A stretch of DNA of 56,841 bases from Octopus bimaculoides. Taxonomy: Eukaryota. The translations under genes and the position numbers were made by a program. The notes beneath the pieces were generated by a model. The model was given only the letters and a program-made list of their open reading frames with translations, searched no databases and was not told where the DNA came from. The stretch covers positions 29,700,198 through 29,757,038 of the forward strand of contig NC_068996.1 in the NCBI RefSeq assembly GCF_001194135.2. Direction: 5' to 3'. Positions 1-12,021 of the stretch are shown in pieces. Each line of letters starts with the position of its first letter. Positions within the stretch are counted from its first letter, which is position 1.

Positions 1-59
1 AAAAGATATATATATATATATATACAATCAAAATAAGCAACAAGGATATCCAGAGGTAA

Positions 60-146
60 TACAGTACGATCATTTCACGCAACTCCATTTAATTGAACAA
101 TGCAACCATTACATCAATTTAAAATGCAAAGCAATCCTCAGCTGCA
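60..146 (-). ncRNA. Type I hammerhead-like motif with long stem II (left arm of palindrome)
   Basis: Reverse-complement copy of 163-248, with stem I TGCAG/CTGTA. Confidence 0.55.
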
Positions 147-162
147 CAAAGACATAGAATTG

Positions 163-248
163 TGCAGCTGAGGATTGCTCTGCATTTAAATTGATGTAAG
201 GGCTGCATTGTTCAATTAAATGGAGTTGCGTGAAATGATCGTACTGCA
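163..248 (+). ncRNA. Type I hammerhead-like motif with long stem II (right arm of palindrome)
   Basis: Reads TGCAG-CTGAGGA-[long helix CATTTAAATTGA/TCAATTAAATG]-GAAA-T-GATC-GTA-CTGCA. Stem I is TGCAG/CTGCA. Confidence 0.6.
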
Positions 249-407
249 TTACCTCTGGACATCCTTGTTGCTTATTTTGATTTTAATCACCTTATTTTGA
301 AATTGTATAATACCGTACTAAATTCTGGTGCCTCAGCATAAGTACCATATTCATCTGAATCTAAATTTCTGCTGAACTTATCTACATATATATACATATA
401 TATATGC

Positions 408-461
<54 letters not shown>

Positions 462-559
462 TTATATATATATATATATATATAGATATATATATATATC
501 TATATATATACACACATATGTATATACATATACATATATATATTCATATATATAGGTGA

Positions 560-1603
560 GAGAGTTGGTATGTGAATGCACATGGTTGGATGTATCAAAG
601 TGAAAATAGAATGAAAAATCTACAGAAGGCTTGTGTTATATGGTTAAAGAATATATTTAAATCATTATGTTAGAAAAATGCTATAAAATTTTGCATATAG
701 TAACATTGTTTCTGGAGAAATAACCGGTTTCGTATTTTTTTTTCAAATTCCTCAAATTTCTTTACCTATATTGTGTCATTTCTTCGTTATGTTGTAAAAT
801 ATGGAGTTCCAGACAGGGGAAGGGTAATCAGGGATTTTTTCGCTATAACAGAGATAATCAAAAGTGTTGGGAATGACTAGGTTTTATTAATTTAACATTT
901 GGTTGAGAAGGAATAGAATGTTACAAATGGTTAGGTTTTGCTTTATATTTTTTTCAATGAGGTAAATTTCCTTATTTTAAAAATGTTAGAAATGGTTAAG
1001 TTTTGACTTATATTTTTCAATGAAGAAGGTTTCCCTATTTAATCTAACTTGTGTTGGTGTTCCAATGGCACATTGATAGAATGGAAAGATTACAAACTGT
1101 GGTAGCAGTTGCTTGGTGCATTTCTCAATATGTTCACTAAAGGGTATCATTCTGTATTCTGAAAATGCTATCTGCTGTTGGTGCAGAGTGCATCTGTGTC
1201 TGAGCAATAATCCCATGGATCCCATGTAGTTTTGGTGGCAGCCTGAGCATCTTATAACATAAATCAGGTTTTCTGAAGCACAAGTAAAATCAGATTTGAT
1301 TTTGAATTTTTGTCCCTCTTTGAAAAGGAATTCCGATCCTTCTAGAAGGTTTGGGCATGTTGCACAATTTGGTCGACCACATTTTTTCACTTCTACGTCC
1401 GTTATTTTAGAAAATAATTTTGCCTTTGTGAGGATCTTTTTTCATGATTTCAGCTGTTTGTGGCTTTTAATGATGTTATGTGTGTGTAAAATTTCCTTTA
1501 ATTTGGGGTCCTTATGTAACATTGGCAAATTTGGGATGATGATGGTGAAGGCTTCTTTGTTTGCGGGGCTGTATGTGGATATGTATGGCAGTATTTTCAG
1601 CAG

Positions 1604-1610
<7 letters not shown>
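560..1610 (-). mobile_element. Penelope-like element 3' fragment with GIY-YIG endonuclease (Neptune-like Cys linker)
   Basis: ORF 986-1390 reads CGRPNCATC...NLIYVIRCSGC.QNYMG...R...H, then ETFFI.KY.S.LN. A degenerate HHR lies downstream at 716-761. Confidence 0.85.
716..761 (-). ncRNA. Degenerate minimal hammerhead motif
   Basis: Reads AGAAAT-TTGAGGA-A-(poor stem II)-GAAAC-CG-GTT-ATTTCT. Stem I is a perfect 6 bp and stem III is the palindrome ACCGGT, but C3 is replaced by T. Confidence 0.45.
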
Positions 1611-1663
<53 letters not shown>

Positions 1664-1755
1664 GTATTATGGCAGTATATATCTATATATACATATACAA
1701 ACATATATATATATATACATATACACACATATATATATATATACATATAAATATT

Positions 1756-1808
<53 letters not shown>

Positions 1809-2309
1809 CTATATATATATACATACATATATATATATGTATGTATGTATACATATATATGTGTGTATATGTNNNNNNNNNNNNNNNNNNNNNNNNNNNN
1901 NNNNNNNNNNNNNNNNNNNNNNNNNNNNNNNNNNNNNNNNNNNNNNNNNNNNNNNNNNNNNNNNNNNNNNNNNNNNNNNNNNNNNNNNNNNNNNNNNNNN
2001 NNNNNNNNNNNNNNNNNNNNNNNNNNNNNNNNNNNNNNNNNNNNNNNNNNNNNNNNNNNNNNNNNNNNNNNNNNNNNNNNNNNNNNNNNNNNNNNNNNNN
2101 NNNNNNNNNNNNNNNNNNNNNNNNNNNNNNNNNNNNNNNNNNNNNNNNNNNNNNNNNNNNNNNNNNNNNNNNNNNNNNNNNNNNNNNNNNNNNNNNNNNN
2201 NNNNNNNNNNNNNNNNNNNNNNNNNNNNNNNATGCTTTATGGACATGAAAGCCAGGGTAATCTCATACATACATATATATATGTATACATATATATATGT
2301 ATACATATA

Positions 2310-2342
<33 letters not shown>

Positions 2343-2364
2343 TGTCGGTAAAACATATATCAAA

Positions 2365-2925
2365 AAAAGAAGTACACTGTAAGTTATAGAGCAGTATATA
2401 ATATAAATAAAGTTAGATAAGGCCAGTTTATGAGATTACCCTGGCTTTCATGTCCATAAAGCATTTAGCTTTACAGCGTATCATCAGATCCCAAAACCTG
2501 CTGGCTTAAGCCCACACTAGCGAGTGGCCTTTCTAGAATACGGACGAGGAAAGGACTTCGGTACTCAGTGTCAACAACAGGGATTGTCTCCTTTTGGTTA
2601 TTGATCGCCAGTGACCCCGTTATCCTGTGGGTTCCAATAGGCCAACAGGAAGTTCCTGAAATGCAAGCATGGTCCAAAGACCTCCGTTTGGAGTTCAGAA
2701 TGTTCCCCAAGTCGAGGAAGTCCTTTAGAACCCTTACCTGTTCCACTATACATAGTTTACAGTGCTTAGTCCCGTTTATGTAGGGGCCTGGATTTTCTTG
2801 GATTCTCCATGATATTGTGTATACGGCTGGCTAATGATGTAATGTATCTCCTTCCCAGTATCCTGAAGGAGTATCTGTGACTGGAGAAGCCTTGTTTGAA
2901 TGTGTTCCAGGAGCAGCTACTATTG
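2365..2925 (-). mobile_element. Inverted pLTR copy of the same PLE family
   Basis: Diverged reverse complement of about 3245-3830. Confidence 0.85.
2426..2497 (-). ncRNA. Type I hammerhead-like motif in PLE pLTR (best-preserved of three copies)
   Basis: Reads GGGAT-CTGATGA-TACGC-TGTAAAGC-TAAAT-GCTTTATG-GACAT-GAAA-G-CCAGG-GTA-ATCTC. Homologues are at 3694-3765 (+, CTGATTA) and 5883-5953 (+, CTCATTA). Confidence 0.7.
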
Positions 2926-2974
2926 GAACTGTTGAGCCTGCTGCTGGAAAAGCTGCTGATGTAGCAGCAGCAGA

Positions 2975-5900
2975 GACACAAACAAAACCAGCAGCAGCAC
3001 CATCACCAGTGATAACAATGATAACAGCAATGGCAGTATCCCTAATGGAAATAGCAGCAGAGCCATCACTAATGATATCTATAACAGCAGTGACAGCACC
3101 TCCATCAACGACAATGATCATAACAACAACAACAGCACCATTACCAACACCAGCAGTCATGGCACCAACAACAGCAGTACCAACAACAGTGGTAGCAATG
3201 GCAACAGACACAACACCACCAACACTTGACCATGGAGATAAATTGGCTGCTCCGGATACATTCAAACACCACCTCTCCAACCACAGATCCTCCTTCAGGA
3301 TACTGGAAAGGAGATACATTACATAATTAGCCAGCCATATATGGCAGCTGAAAGACGATAGGATTCCATGCACAATATCATGCTGAATCCTAAAAATAAG
3401 ACCCTTACATAAATGGGACCAAGCACTGTAAACTATGCATAGTGGAACAGACAAGGATTCTAAAGTCCTCCCTTGACCCAGGGAACATTCTGAACGCCAA
3501 AACAAAGGTCTTTGGACCATGCTTGTATTTCAGGAAATTCCTGCTGGTCTATTGGAACCCACAGGATAACAGGGTCACTGGCAATTGATTGTCTCCAAAG
3601 GGAGACAATCCCTGTTGTTGACATTGAGTACCAAGTCCTTTCCTTCTCCATACTGTAGAGAGGTCACTCGCTAGAGAGCCCTTCAGCCAACAAGTTTTGG
3701 AATCTGATTATCTGCCATGAAGCTAAGTACTTTATAGATGTGAAACCCAGGGTAATCCCATAAACTGGCTTTATCTAACTTTATTTATATTATATACTGC
3801 TTCTTTAGAGTGTGCTTCTTTTTGGGATTTATACTTTACTGACAATCTATCTCGCTCTTTGGCCAGAGTATTTTACAAAGACCATGAGGTTTGTGTTAAA
3901 TAGCTGACCAGTAGGCTGCACTTATAAATATTTATGGAAACCACTTGGTCTCTCATGAATATGGGACATTTTGACCTCAACTACTCCACTAAGAATATAC
4001 CTACACTGTATAATGTTACTAGAAAAAATGATGGACGTAATAAGGCGAATGAGATGGAAAGCCTTCAACCACAACCTAGCCATGCCATTCCTGGGGAGTA
4101 ACACATATGGAATCAAATCTAGGAAATACTCACCCAAGATCAAGGACCTCAAGCACTTCAAAGCAGACCAACTGGGCATCATTCCTAAGCTAAAATTCTA
4201 TAAGTCCTCTTGTTCCTTCCAATGTAAGCTCTGTGCCAACATTAGATTGTTAATGACTCAGATAGGTCCCTAATCTTCTCAAATAAGACTAAAAACCTAT
4301 ACAGGATAGATACCCTTAATTATGATAGGCCACTACAAAGCAATGTTACACAAAATCATCGACGCACTTCCCCACACACATACAACATCAACAGTGAAAT
4401 CAAACAATTAGTCAATGGCCTAGATATAGTTGATGAGATAGAGATCCTAGCTAAGAGGAACACCTTTATTACCATCAAAGATCATAAACTGAATTTTGCC
4501 TCAAACTCTAAATGCCACCTGATTAATCCACCCAAATTCAAGATTGGTCTAGCGAGCGAGCATATATTGAGAAACATCAATAATGACATAAGGAGAGCCA
4601 CCAACCTTTCTCTATGGTGTGGAACCAGCGAGGTGATTGCATGGTTTAATACCAACAAGGGGAGAAGCAGAGCAAGGTTCACCCAGTCGATTTTTACCTA
4701 TTTCAAAAGGGTCACTGGTCAAGGCGCTTTCCTTTGTTAAGGGCTTCACTGACATTAGCAATAAGGATATAGATGTCATTATGCACACCAGAAAAACAGT
4801 GCTGTTCAATAAAGGTTCAGCCTGGGTGGAGCAATCCAACCCCACAGACTCTTTTGACATAGCGATGGGGGCCTATAACAGCATTGATGTATGTGATCAC
4901 ATCAGGTTGTATATCTTTGATACCCTTAAGAAAAAGTTCCCCTCTGTCTTCTTTGGTGTCTACAGAGATGATCCCCTGGCCATCTCTAGAGGAGCAAAGG
5001 GGCACACCCTAGACAGGCTTAGGAAAGATCTAATTAGCACACTTGGCTCCATAGGACTAAAAAATCACCATCAAGATCAATCTCACCCCTGTGGACTTCT
5101 TAAACATCACGCTTGACTTGAGCTCCCATAGATACAGGCCCTACCGCAAGCCAAAATAGAGGCTAATGTACATCAACACAGCCTCCTGTCACCCACCCGT
5201 TGTGTTCAGTTCAAAATCCTGATGAAGGGTATTAGTAAGAGGATCATGAACCTTTCCTGTAGCCAAGAGATTTTTGATGCAACAGCTCCCTACTATAATG
5301 AAGCTCTAGCTGATAGCAGATTTAGGGATCATTTCTCCTACATGTCAGGCCCCAACATCTGTAGAAGGAAGCAATGATAGCGTCTCTATTAATGACAATG
5401 ATCATAACAACAACAACAGCACCATTACCAACAGCGTTAGTACCAACAACAGTAGTAGCAGCAATGGCAACAGACACAGCAACACCAACAGACAGCACCA
5501 CCAACACCTGACCACAGAGATACATTGGCTGCTCTGAGAACACTTTCAAACAACACCTCTCCAACCACAGATCCTCCTTCAGGATACTGGAATGTTATCA
5601 GTCAGCCATATGTGGAAGCTGGGGACCAAGCACTGTAAACTATGTATAGTGGAACAGACAAGGATTCTAAAGGACTTCCTATACCCAGGGAACACACTTA
5701 CCTCCAAAATGAAGGTCTTTGGACCATGTTTGCATTTCAGGAACTTCCTGTTGGCCTATTGGAACCCATAGGATAACAGGGACACTGATAAATGATAGCC
5801 AAAGGAAGACAATCCCTATTGTTGACATTGAGTAGTGTGGTCCTTTCCTTGTCCATATTCTAGAGAGGCCTTAAGCCAACAAGTTTTGGGATCTCATTAT

Positions 5901-5975
5901 ATGCTGTAAAGCTAAATGCTTCATGGATGTGAAACCCAGGATAATCCCATAAATCAGCTTTATCTAACTTTATTT
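2975..5975 (+). mobile_element. Degenerate near-complete Penelope-like element with direct pLTRs (about 3090-3830 and 5390-5975); RT and GIY-YIG
   Basis: Frameshifted RT motifs DVIRRMRWKA, FDIAMGAYNSIDVC and GVYRDDPL. Endonuclease motifs YIGCSENTFK and NHRSSFR lie inside the repeats. Each repeat ends in an HHR-like motif. Possibly the Hydra clade (inference). Confidence 0.88.
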
Positions 5976-6039
5976 ATTACTAACAGAGGTAGTAGTTCTC
6001 TGAACTTTGCCCAGCCTATTTTTATTCACATGTCTATGC

Positions 6040-6420
6040 TTTCAGAACAGCCTCCCCCACCACTAACTTGGTCACCTAAGTAATGGAAACTATCTACTAC
6101 TTCTTAAGGATCCCCACTGACATTTAAGGGAGTCTATTTTTTTGTACACTCCTTGTGTTCAATGCACCTGCACACCTTCCACATGTAAAGACTACTTTCT
6201 CTGTTTGTCTCCCAGTGATACCACTGCACCTCTTATGTGTCCATAGCTTGCACTGGGAACACTGTACAGAATTTTTCCCAAGATCTTTTCTACATATCGA
6301 GCAGGGCCATCTCTCTGAAGGGAGCTGTGACTTGTCTGTTTTCCAACTTATTAGGACTTTAATCTTTGCTAAATTAACTCTAACTCTAAGATCCTTTGAT
6401 TTTAGACCTTGCTTCCATAC
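6040..6420 (-). mobile_element. RTE-clade LINE RT fragment
   Basis: Minus strand encodes C..CKLWTHKRCSGITG...FTCGRC, the Cys-rich insert found in invertebrate RTE RTs. The same motif occurs at about 50740-50820. Confidence 0.6.
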
Positions 6421-6421
6421 T

Positions 6422-6482
<61 letters not shown>

Positions 6483-6929
6483 TATGTTAAGCAATTCATA
6501 ATGTTGTGTGATACATGCCATAATATAGGGAAATATGTAATGATATTCCTGTGGTAGAATGAAGGGAGACATCAGGACTAGAAGCAATGGAGGATGAGTG
6601 ACATTGGGAATGAAAGCAAGAGGAAGTGATGTCACATGAAGAACTGGAGAATTTGAATAGCCTTTCTTTGTTAGAACATTGAGATGAACATACACATGGA
6701 GGGGATCTCAGAGGGAGAGTTAGTTTCTGGCTAGAGGTTGTGGTCCTGTAGGCACAACCATTGAATTCTGCTGATCCTTGTGAAGCAAAGCTAGATACTC
6801 TGTTCAGATTTCGTTTTGAGGTAAGAGCACCTCTATTTTTGCCTACAAGCTATTTCAGCTTGCTACTTATCTGTTGTGGAGATATATTTCCTTTTTTTTG
6901 CCTTCTGCTTTTCTACCACCAACACTCTT

Positions 6930-8620
6930 ATGGCTATGAGAATAAGGATTAGTAGCAATGTTTTGAGACTGTTTTCTGGTGAAGGTTATGTGGTGGCCTG
7001 GATAAAAAACGGTGAAGCTTGTAGCAAAGTTGCAAGGCATTCAAGGCTAGTCTTATATCACTTTACTTAGAGGGAAGTGTTCTGAATCTGTATCTAGAAA
7101 TGGATGAAACAGATCAGCTGAAAAAGAAGATTGAAGAGTAACTGAAGGCTGTGTACTTGGAAGGAGTGTTCAAAGCCTACAACAATCTTGGGAGAGTGAG
7201 ATGGACTGGTGAACAAGTTAACAACTATGTGAGTGAGATCAGGTTAATTGGGTTAACTGGGTTTACAGATGGAGTGATGGAGTAGATTGTGAAGCTGGCT
7301 TTTGTGACTGGATTCCCCAATCACATTTCAGTGAGGTTACAGCAGCTACCAGACATAAACATAATGTTAGTGGGTGACTTAGTGGATAAGATGTGAGGGT
7401 TAACAAAGAACAACACATGCTATGTTGTGGCAATGATGATGGTGGATATGAGTAGGATGAAGAGGCAGGTGGTAAATAGCAAAAACAGGAGTATGACATG
7501 ACAGATGTATAAGGGACTATGCTTTAGGTGTTGGGATTTGCACGTGGTCACAGACTGTACAGAACCAAAATCTGAAGTGGTGTGGTACCCAACCCAGGCA
7601 CTGCAAGCTACTGCAAACAGGGAATCAAAGAGAAGGGAACTACAAAGCCAGTAGTTCCCCCTGCAATTGATTAGAGGTGCACCTACATTCGTTGCCTGTA
7701 AAAAGGGTCCCAGTGGAAGTAAGGGAAGAATAGCCCTTGTCGATATGGGTTGCACAACAACCCTGGTGATGTAAAAATGGTTGGGAGCTAGAGAAGAAAA
7801 ACTAGCCTCAGTGCAGTGGATGGTACATATGTTAGGTGCAAGGTTATCAGTGAAGTAGAGCAAGAAATACAAGGAACATTGATGAAGTGATTGTAGTCAG
7901 TGAGGTAGTGGATGGTATTGATGTAGTGGTGGGAACTTCCAGGCTGAGTTTGATGGCAAAAAGATGGACAGTGGAGTATTTTTGGAAAGAAGACCCTCCC
8001 CACAAAACTGAGACACAGAATGAATTGCTACAAGCACACTCTGAGAGGAGAGGCTAGGAAATAGTTTGAGAGAGAAGTGGACAGATGGATAGAGGAGGAT
8101 ATTTTGATATCATGGGAAGAAGAGGCAACAAATGGTGTGCTGTTGATGATGGCTGTAGTCCAGCCAACAAAGAACAAAGTTTAACTGGGATTAGACTTTT
8201 GTGAGCTGAACAAGCATGTATCCAGCTATATATCAGTGAGGTAGCAGATGTATGAGTAGAAGAAACTTGACTTGTGAGAGTGGAGGCAAGTGACAGGAGC
8301 AACTATGATTGTTGACCTCAGATTAGCACATCTGCAGCTCCACATATTTGAGAAGTTGTGCAAGTACCAACTAGTGAGGTACAAGGGCAGAGTGTACTGT
8401 CTGCCTCAGCTTGGTTTTGGTCTGAGTTCAACACCAAAAATCACAGCGAAGGTCCTCAAGGTGGAGCAGGCTATTAGTTCTTATATTGATGACATCCAGA
8501 TAGGTGATAGAGTAGCATCAGCAAAGGAAATTGTGAGTCATCTGAGAAGATTCAGGTTGACAGCAGAATCACTGAAGGCTATAGAAGGAGGCACGACACT
8601 GGAGCTCAGGTTCAAAAAAG
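6930..8620 (+). mobile_element. Ty3/Gypsy-like LTR retrotransposon remnant (gag, protease, RT)
   Basis: Gag-like FSGEGYVVAW, protease ALVDMGCTTTLV, and RT motifs AVVQPTKNKV, DFCELNKHV, LGFGLSSTPKI and YIDD (ORF 8290-8712). Many stops. Confidence 0.8.
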
Positions 8621-10029
8621 ATAGTGGGCATGTCCTTCCTGATATTAACTATTTTATAAACATGCACAAGATACATTTAATCATAATACTAGTAGTACCA
8701 GAGATGTTGTGATGTTCCAGACAAGATGTCAGTTACCTCTTAACCCTGTGTTTTCTCTACTCATTTGCCAACCAGTGTTCATTGAATGTATTTTATCATA
8801 GTACCATTGCTAGTGACAATTAAAGAGTCCTAACTGCTCTATATTGTCTCCATTTGTTCACAATAAAGTGAATAGAAGAAATCATGATGAACCAGAGTGA
8901 GATGGTGAGAGAATTAAGAATATGACAGGAGAAATCAAATGATTGTGTGCAGAGGGGTAGTAGAAGAGGAATTAATGGCAGAGAACCAGCAATAGCAAAG
9001 AATAGTGGAAGAGAATAGGAAAGTGAGAGCAAGTGGCAGATATTGACAGAGACTATTGATTATAAGAAAGAGTGCTGCATGCTAATAACAAATGACTTGG
9101 GTGGGGAGTAATGACTAGCAGTATAGAAGTGTGATGAAAGAGTGTACCACATACAAACAGATCTGCTGTTTTGTTACATAAGCATCAAAATAGCAAAGGG
9201 TGATAAACATATTAAGAGGAAATGAATATGGATACATTATATGCCACTTTTCATAAGATGAATGACATATTGCAATGAAAGGAGAGAGAATGAGTCAGTG
9301 AGATATCAATGGATAACAAAAAGGCAGCAGATGATGAGAAGATACAGAATTAAAAGGAACATAATGAGTAAGAAATCAAAAAGTAGATGACTCATATACT
9401 CCAGCTTTGTCCACTAACACTATCTTAACATTACATTTCCCTATGTTTGCATGGGTAAGCTGGTTTTCTCCAGTATTATGTATTGCTATTTCATCATTTC
9501 CATCATGATGCTCAAGTTCTGAAAATCAGTCTTCAATACTTTGTCCCAAGTTTTCCACACTTGTAAGTTTCCTTGAGTTTCCTTAAAATGCTCAACATAT
9601 TCAGATCACTTTCCTCACTACTTTGTCCCAAGACTTCTTCCACGTGTACCATCCACTTGGAGCACTTGGGGATTTTTCTATATAATTATCATCCGTTATA
9701 TCACATGTCAGTACAGGAGGGCAAATTTCTTGCACATTAACATATGTTCCCTCTTATTTTTAAAGAAACTCTCTCTCACACACACACAAACACATACATG
9801 TATTGTATTAATTATATAATAAAGCATGGACTATATAAAGTATTTCTGTATATTTCTAACCTTGCACTCACACATATTGAGGTTATAATCACTAGAGAGA
9901 GTATAGGTTTTACAATTGCGAGATGGAAATTTTTCTCTGGAGTTATAATCCCAAATTTGTTTATGAACAAGTATAAAAATTCCTTCTTATATACATGTAA
10001 AATTAATTTCATCACCCACCACATCTACC

Positions 10030-10330
10030 TCTAGTAAGCAAGTCTAATCATCTTTCACTCTCCTCTCTCACTCTTATGAACCCTCCCCCACAGTCTATAT
10101 CCCCCTTTATACTCACTTCTTAGTACCTTCAGAGTATGCTCTGGCATCTCATCAACTTTTATTTTTCTTCCAGCTGCTCTCAGCCATCTGCATATAATGT
10201 GGGGTAGCCATGTATCTCCTCTAAAGCAAAATACCCATGCTCGTCCAGCTATCAGATTGTAGGCTTCAACACCTGGCATAAAGCCACTTCCTCCTCTCTC
10301 AAACATACTCCCATTCAATCAAGGGGGCTT
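10030..10330 (-). mobile_element. Degenerate non-LTR (RTE-like) RT fragment
   Basis: SGFMPG motif followed by W.LR.AG and Y...RV-like residues. Confidence 0.45.
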
Positions 10331-10873
10331 TCTTATTTTCCTTTTGTTTATTTTTTTCTTCACATTGCCAAGTTATTTGCTGACTTCATTTGTGCTGTTA
10401 GCACAAAAAATATGCCCTCTACATGCTGTGAAATGGTTGGTCTTAGGTTGAGTAACTAGCCCTGTCAAACCACCCAACTATTGCCAGCAGGGAAAACAGA
10501 TGTTAAAGAAAGATGATGACAATATTTGTATGTTAAAATTTACAAAAAATTTAAGTTGTAATATTTGTTTAGAAATATTTAGTATTTAAATGTACTTGAA
10601 TTAATATTTATATTCATTTCATAATCTAAATATTTGATATATCTATTAATATTGATTTAGAAGCAAATAATTGCTATATAAAGATGTTTTAACTGAAATT
10701 GTATTTATTTTTACTTTCTCCAAAATTAATAGGTTATATTGACCTATTTTCAAAATTTGAAAAGGCAACATATAACTTTCATTTTAAAAGTAATAATACA
10801 AAATAGATACATGCCTAAAATTTAGGTATATTCCAAAAGAAAAAAAAACTATGTAAAATAACAAATAACTTAC

Positions 10874-10904
10874 TGTATTGGGCATATACCATTTTGTTGT
10901 AATT
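10874..10904 (-). CDS. SNX5/6-like small exon, BAR helix (NYNKMVYAQY)
   Basis: Flanked by tatttcatttcag| and CA|GTAAGT; 31 nt, phase 0/1. Continues in frame from ETSE. Confidence 0.8.
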
Positions 10905-11109
10905 CTGAAATGAAATAGTGATTATAAAGTATTTTTATATTAGATATTACAATTCAAAAACTACGAAAAGTCATGACTTTATGCCCCTACAGAGAAATCA
11001 TTAGATATTCTTGTATGTTGCATAAAGAACTTTTATTAATAGAAATACTTATTATAAATCTTTTATCAAACAACATATATATTCTACATTTATTATATAT
11101 TCCTTACCA

Positions 11110-11155
<46 letters not shown>

Positions 11156-11787
11156 NNNNNNNNNNNNNNNNNNNNNNNNNNNNNNNNNNNNNNNNNNNNN
11201 NNNNNNNNNNNNNNNNNNNNNNNNNNNNNNNNNNNNNNNNNNNNNNNNNNNNNNNNNNNNNNNNNNNNNNNNNNNNNNNNNNNNNNNNNNNNNNNNNNNN
11301 NNNNNNNNNNNNNNNNNNNNNNNNNNNNNNNNNNNNNNNNNNNNNNNNNNNNNNNNNNNNNNNNNNNNNNNNNNNNNNNNNNNNNNNNNNNNNNNNNNNN
11401 NNNNNNNNNNNNNNNNNNNNNNNNNNNNNNNNNNNNNNNNNNNNNNNNNNNNNNNNNNNNNNNNNNNNNNNNNNNNNNNNNNNNNNNNNNNNNNNNNNNN
11501 NNNNNNNNNNNNNNNNNNNNNNNNNNNNNNNNNNNNNNNNNNNNNNNNNNNNNNNNNNNNNNNNNNNNNNNNNNNNNNNNNNNNNNNNNNNNNNNNNNNN
11601 NNNNNNNNNNNNNNNNNNNNNNNNNNNNNNNNNNNNNNNNNNNNNNNNNNNNNNNNNNNNNNNNNNNNNNNNNNNNNNNNNNNNNNNNNNNNNNNNNNNN
11701 NNNNNNNNNNNNNNNNNNNNNNNNNNNNNNNNNNNNNNNNNNNNNNNNNNNNNNNNNNNNNNNNNNNNNNNNNNNNNNNNNNNNNNN

Positions 11788-11821
<34 letters not shown>

Positions 11822-11825
<4 letters not shown>

Positions 11826-12012
11826 CAGATGAATATGGTACTTAAGTTGAGGCACCAGAATTTAGTATGGTATTATCCATACAATTTCAAAGTAAGGTGG
11901 TTAAAATCAAAATAAGCAACAAGGATATCCAGACGTAAAGCAGTACGATTGTTTCATGCATAAAAGGATCGTACTGCATTACCTCTGGATGTCCTTGTTG
12001 CTTATTTTGATT
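11822..12012. mobile_element. Second copy of the 27-362 pLTR family, with a collapsed palindrome (11905-12012)
   Basis: Same terminal sequence, with roughly 45-bp arms around an 18-nt spacer. Flanked by (GA)n and (TA)n. Confidence 0.7.
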
Positions 12013-12021
12013 ATATATATA

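Larger units (their letters stand above)
27..362. mobile_element. Penelope-like terminal repeat (pLTR) family present as an inverted pair (palindrome 27-281)
   Basis: Arms 27-149 and 160-281 are near-perfect reverse complements around a 10-nt loop. The same family recurs at 11822-12012 and 28140-28345. All copies abut (TA)n. Confidence 0.65.

Noticed and set aside
2232-2268. 36-bp exact inverted copy of 2429-2464, including the private GAAAG variant
   Set aside because: It abuts a gap and is identical even at a derived mutation. It is most likely the same locus placed twice by scaffolding, so I did not count it as another ribozyme.
1561-2382. ORFs of IYIY, HTHT, SLSL or X runs here and around the other gaps
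   Set aside because: They are translations of microsatellites and N gaps.
2831-3520. Long ORFs on both strands (229 aa minus, 149 aa plus) resembling a mucin or membrane protein
   Set aside because: They are products of the low-complexity ACA/GCA tract inside the PLE repeat, not a host gene.
9860-9937. Open minus-strand segment between AG and GT (EKFPSRNCKTYTLSSDYNLNMCECK)
   Set aside because: Its phase is incompatible with the 10874 donor, and the phase-compatible frame does not resemble a BAR helix.
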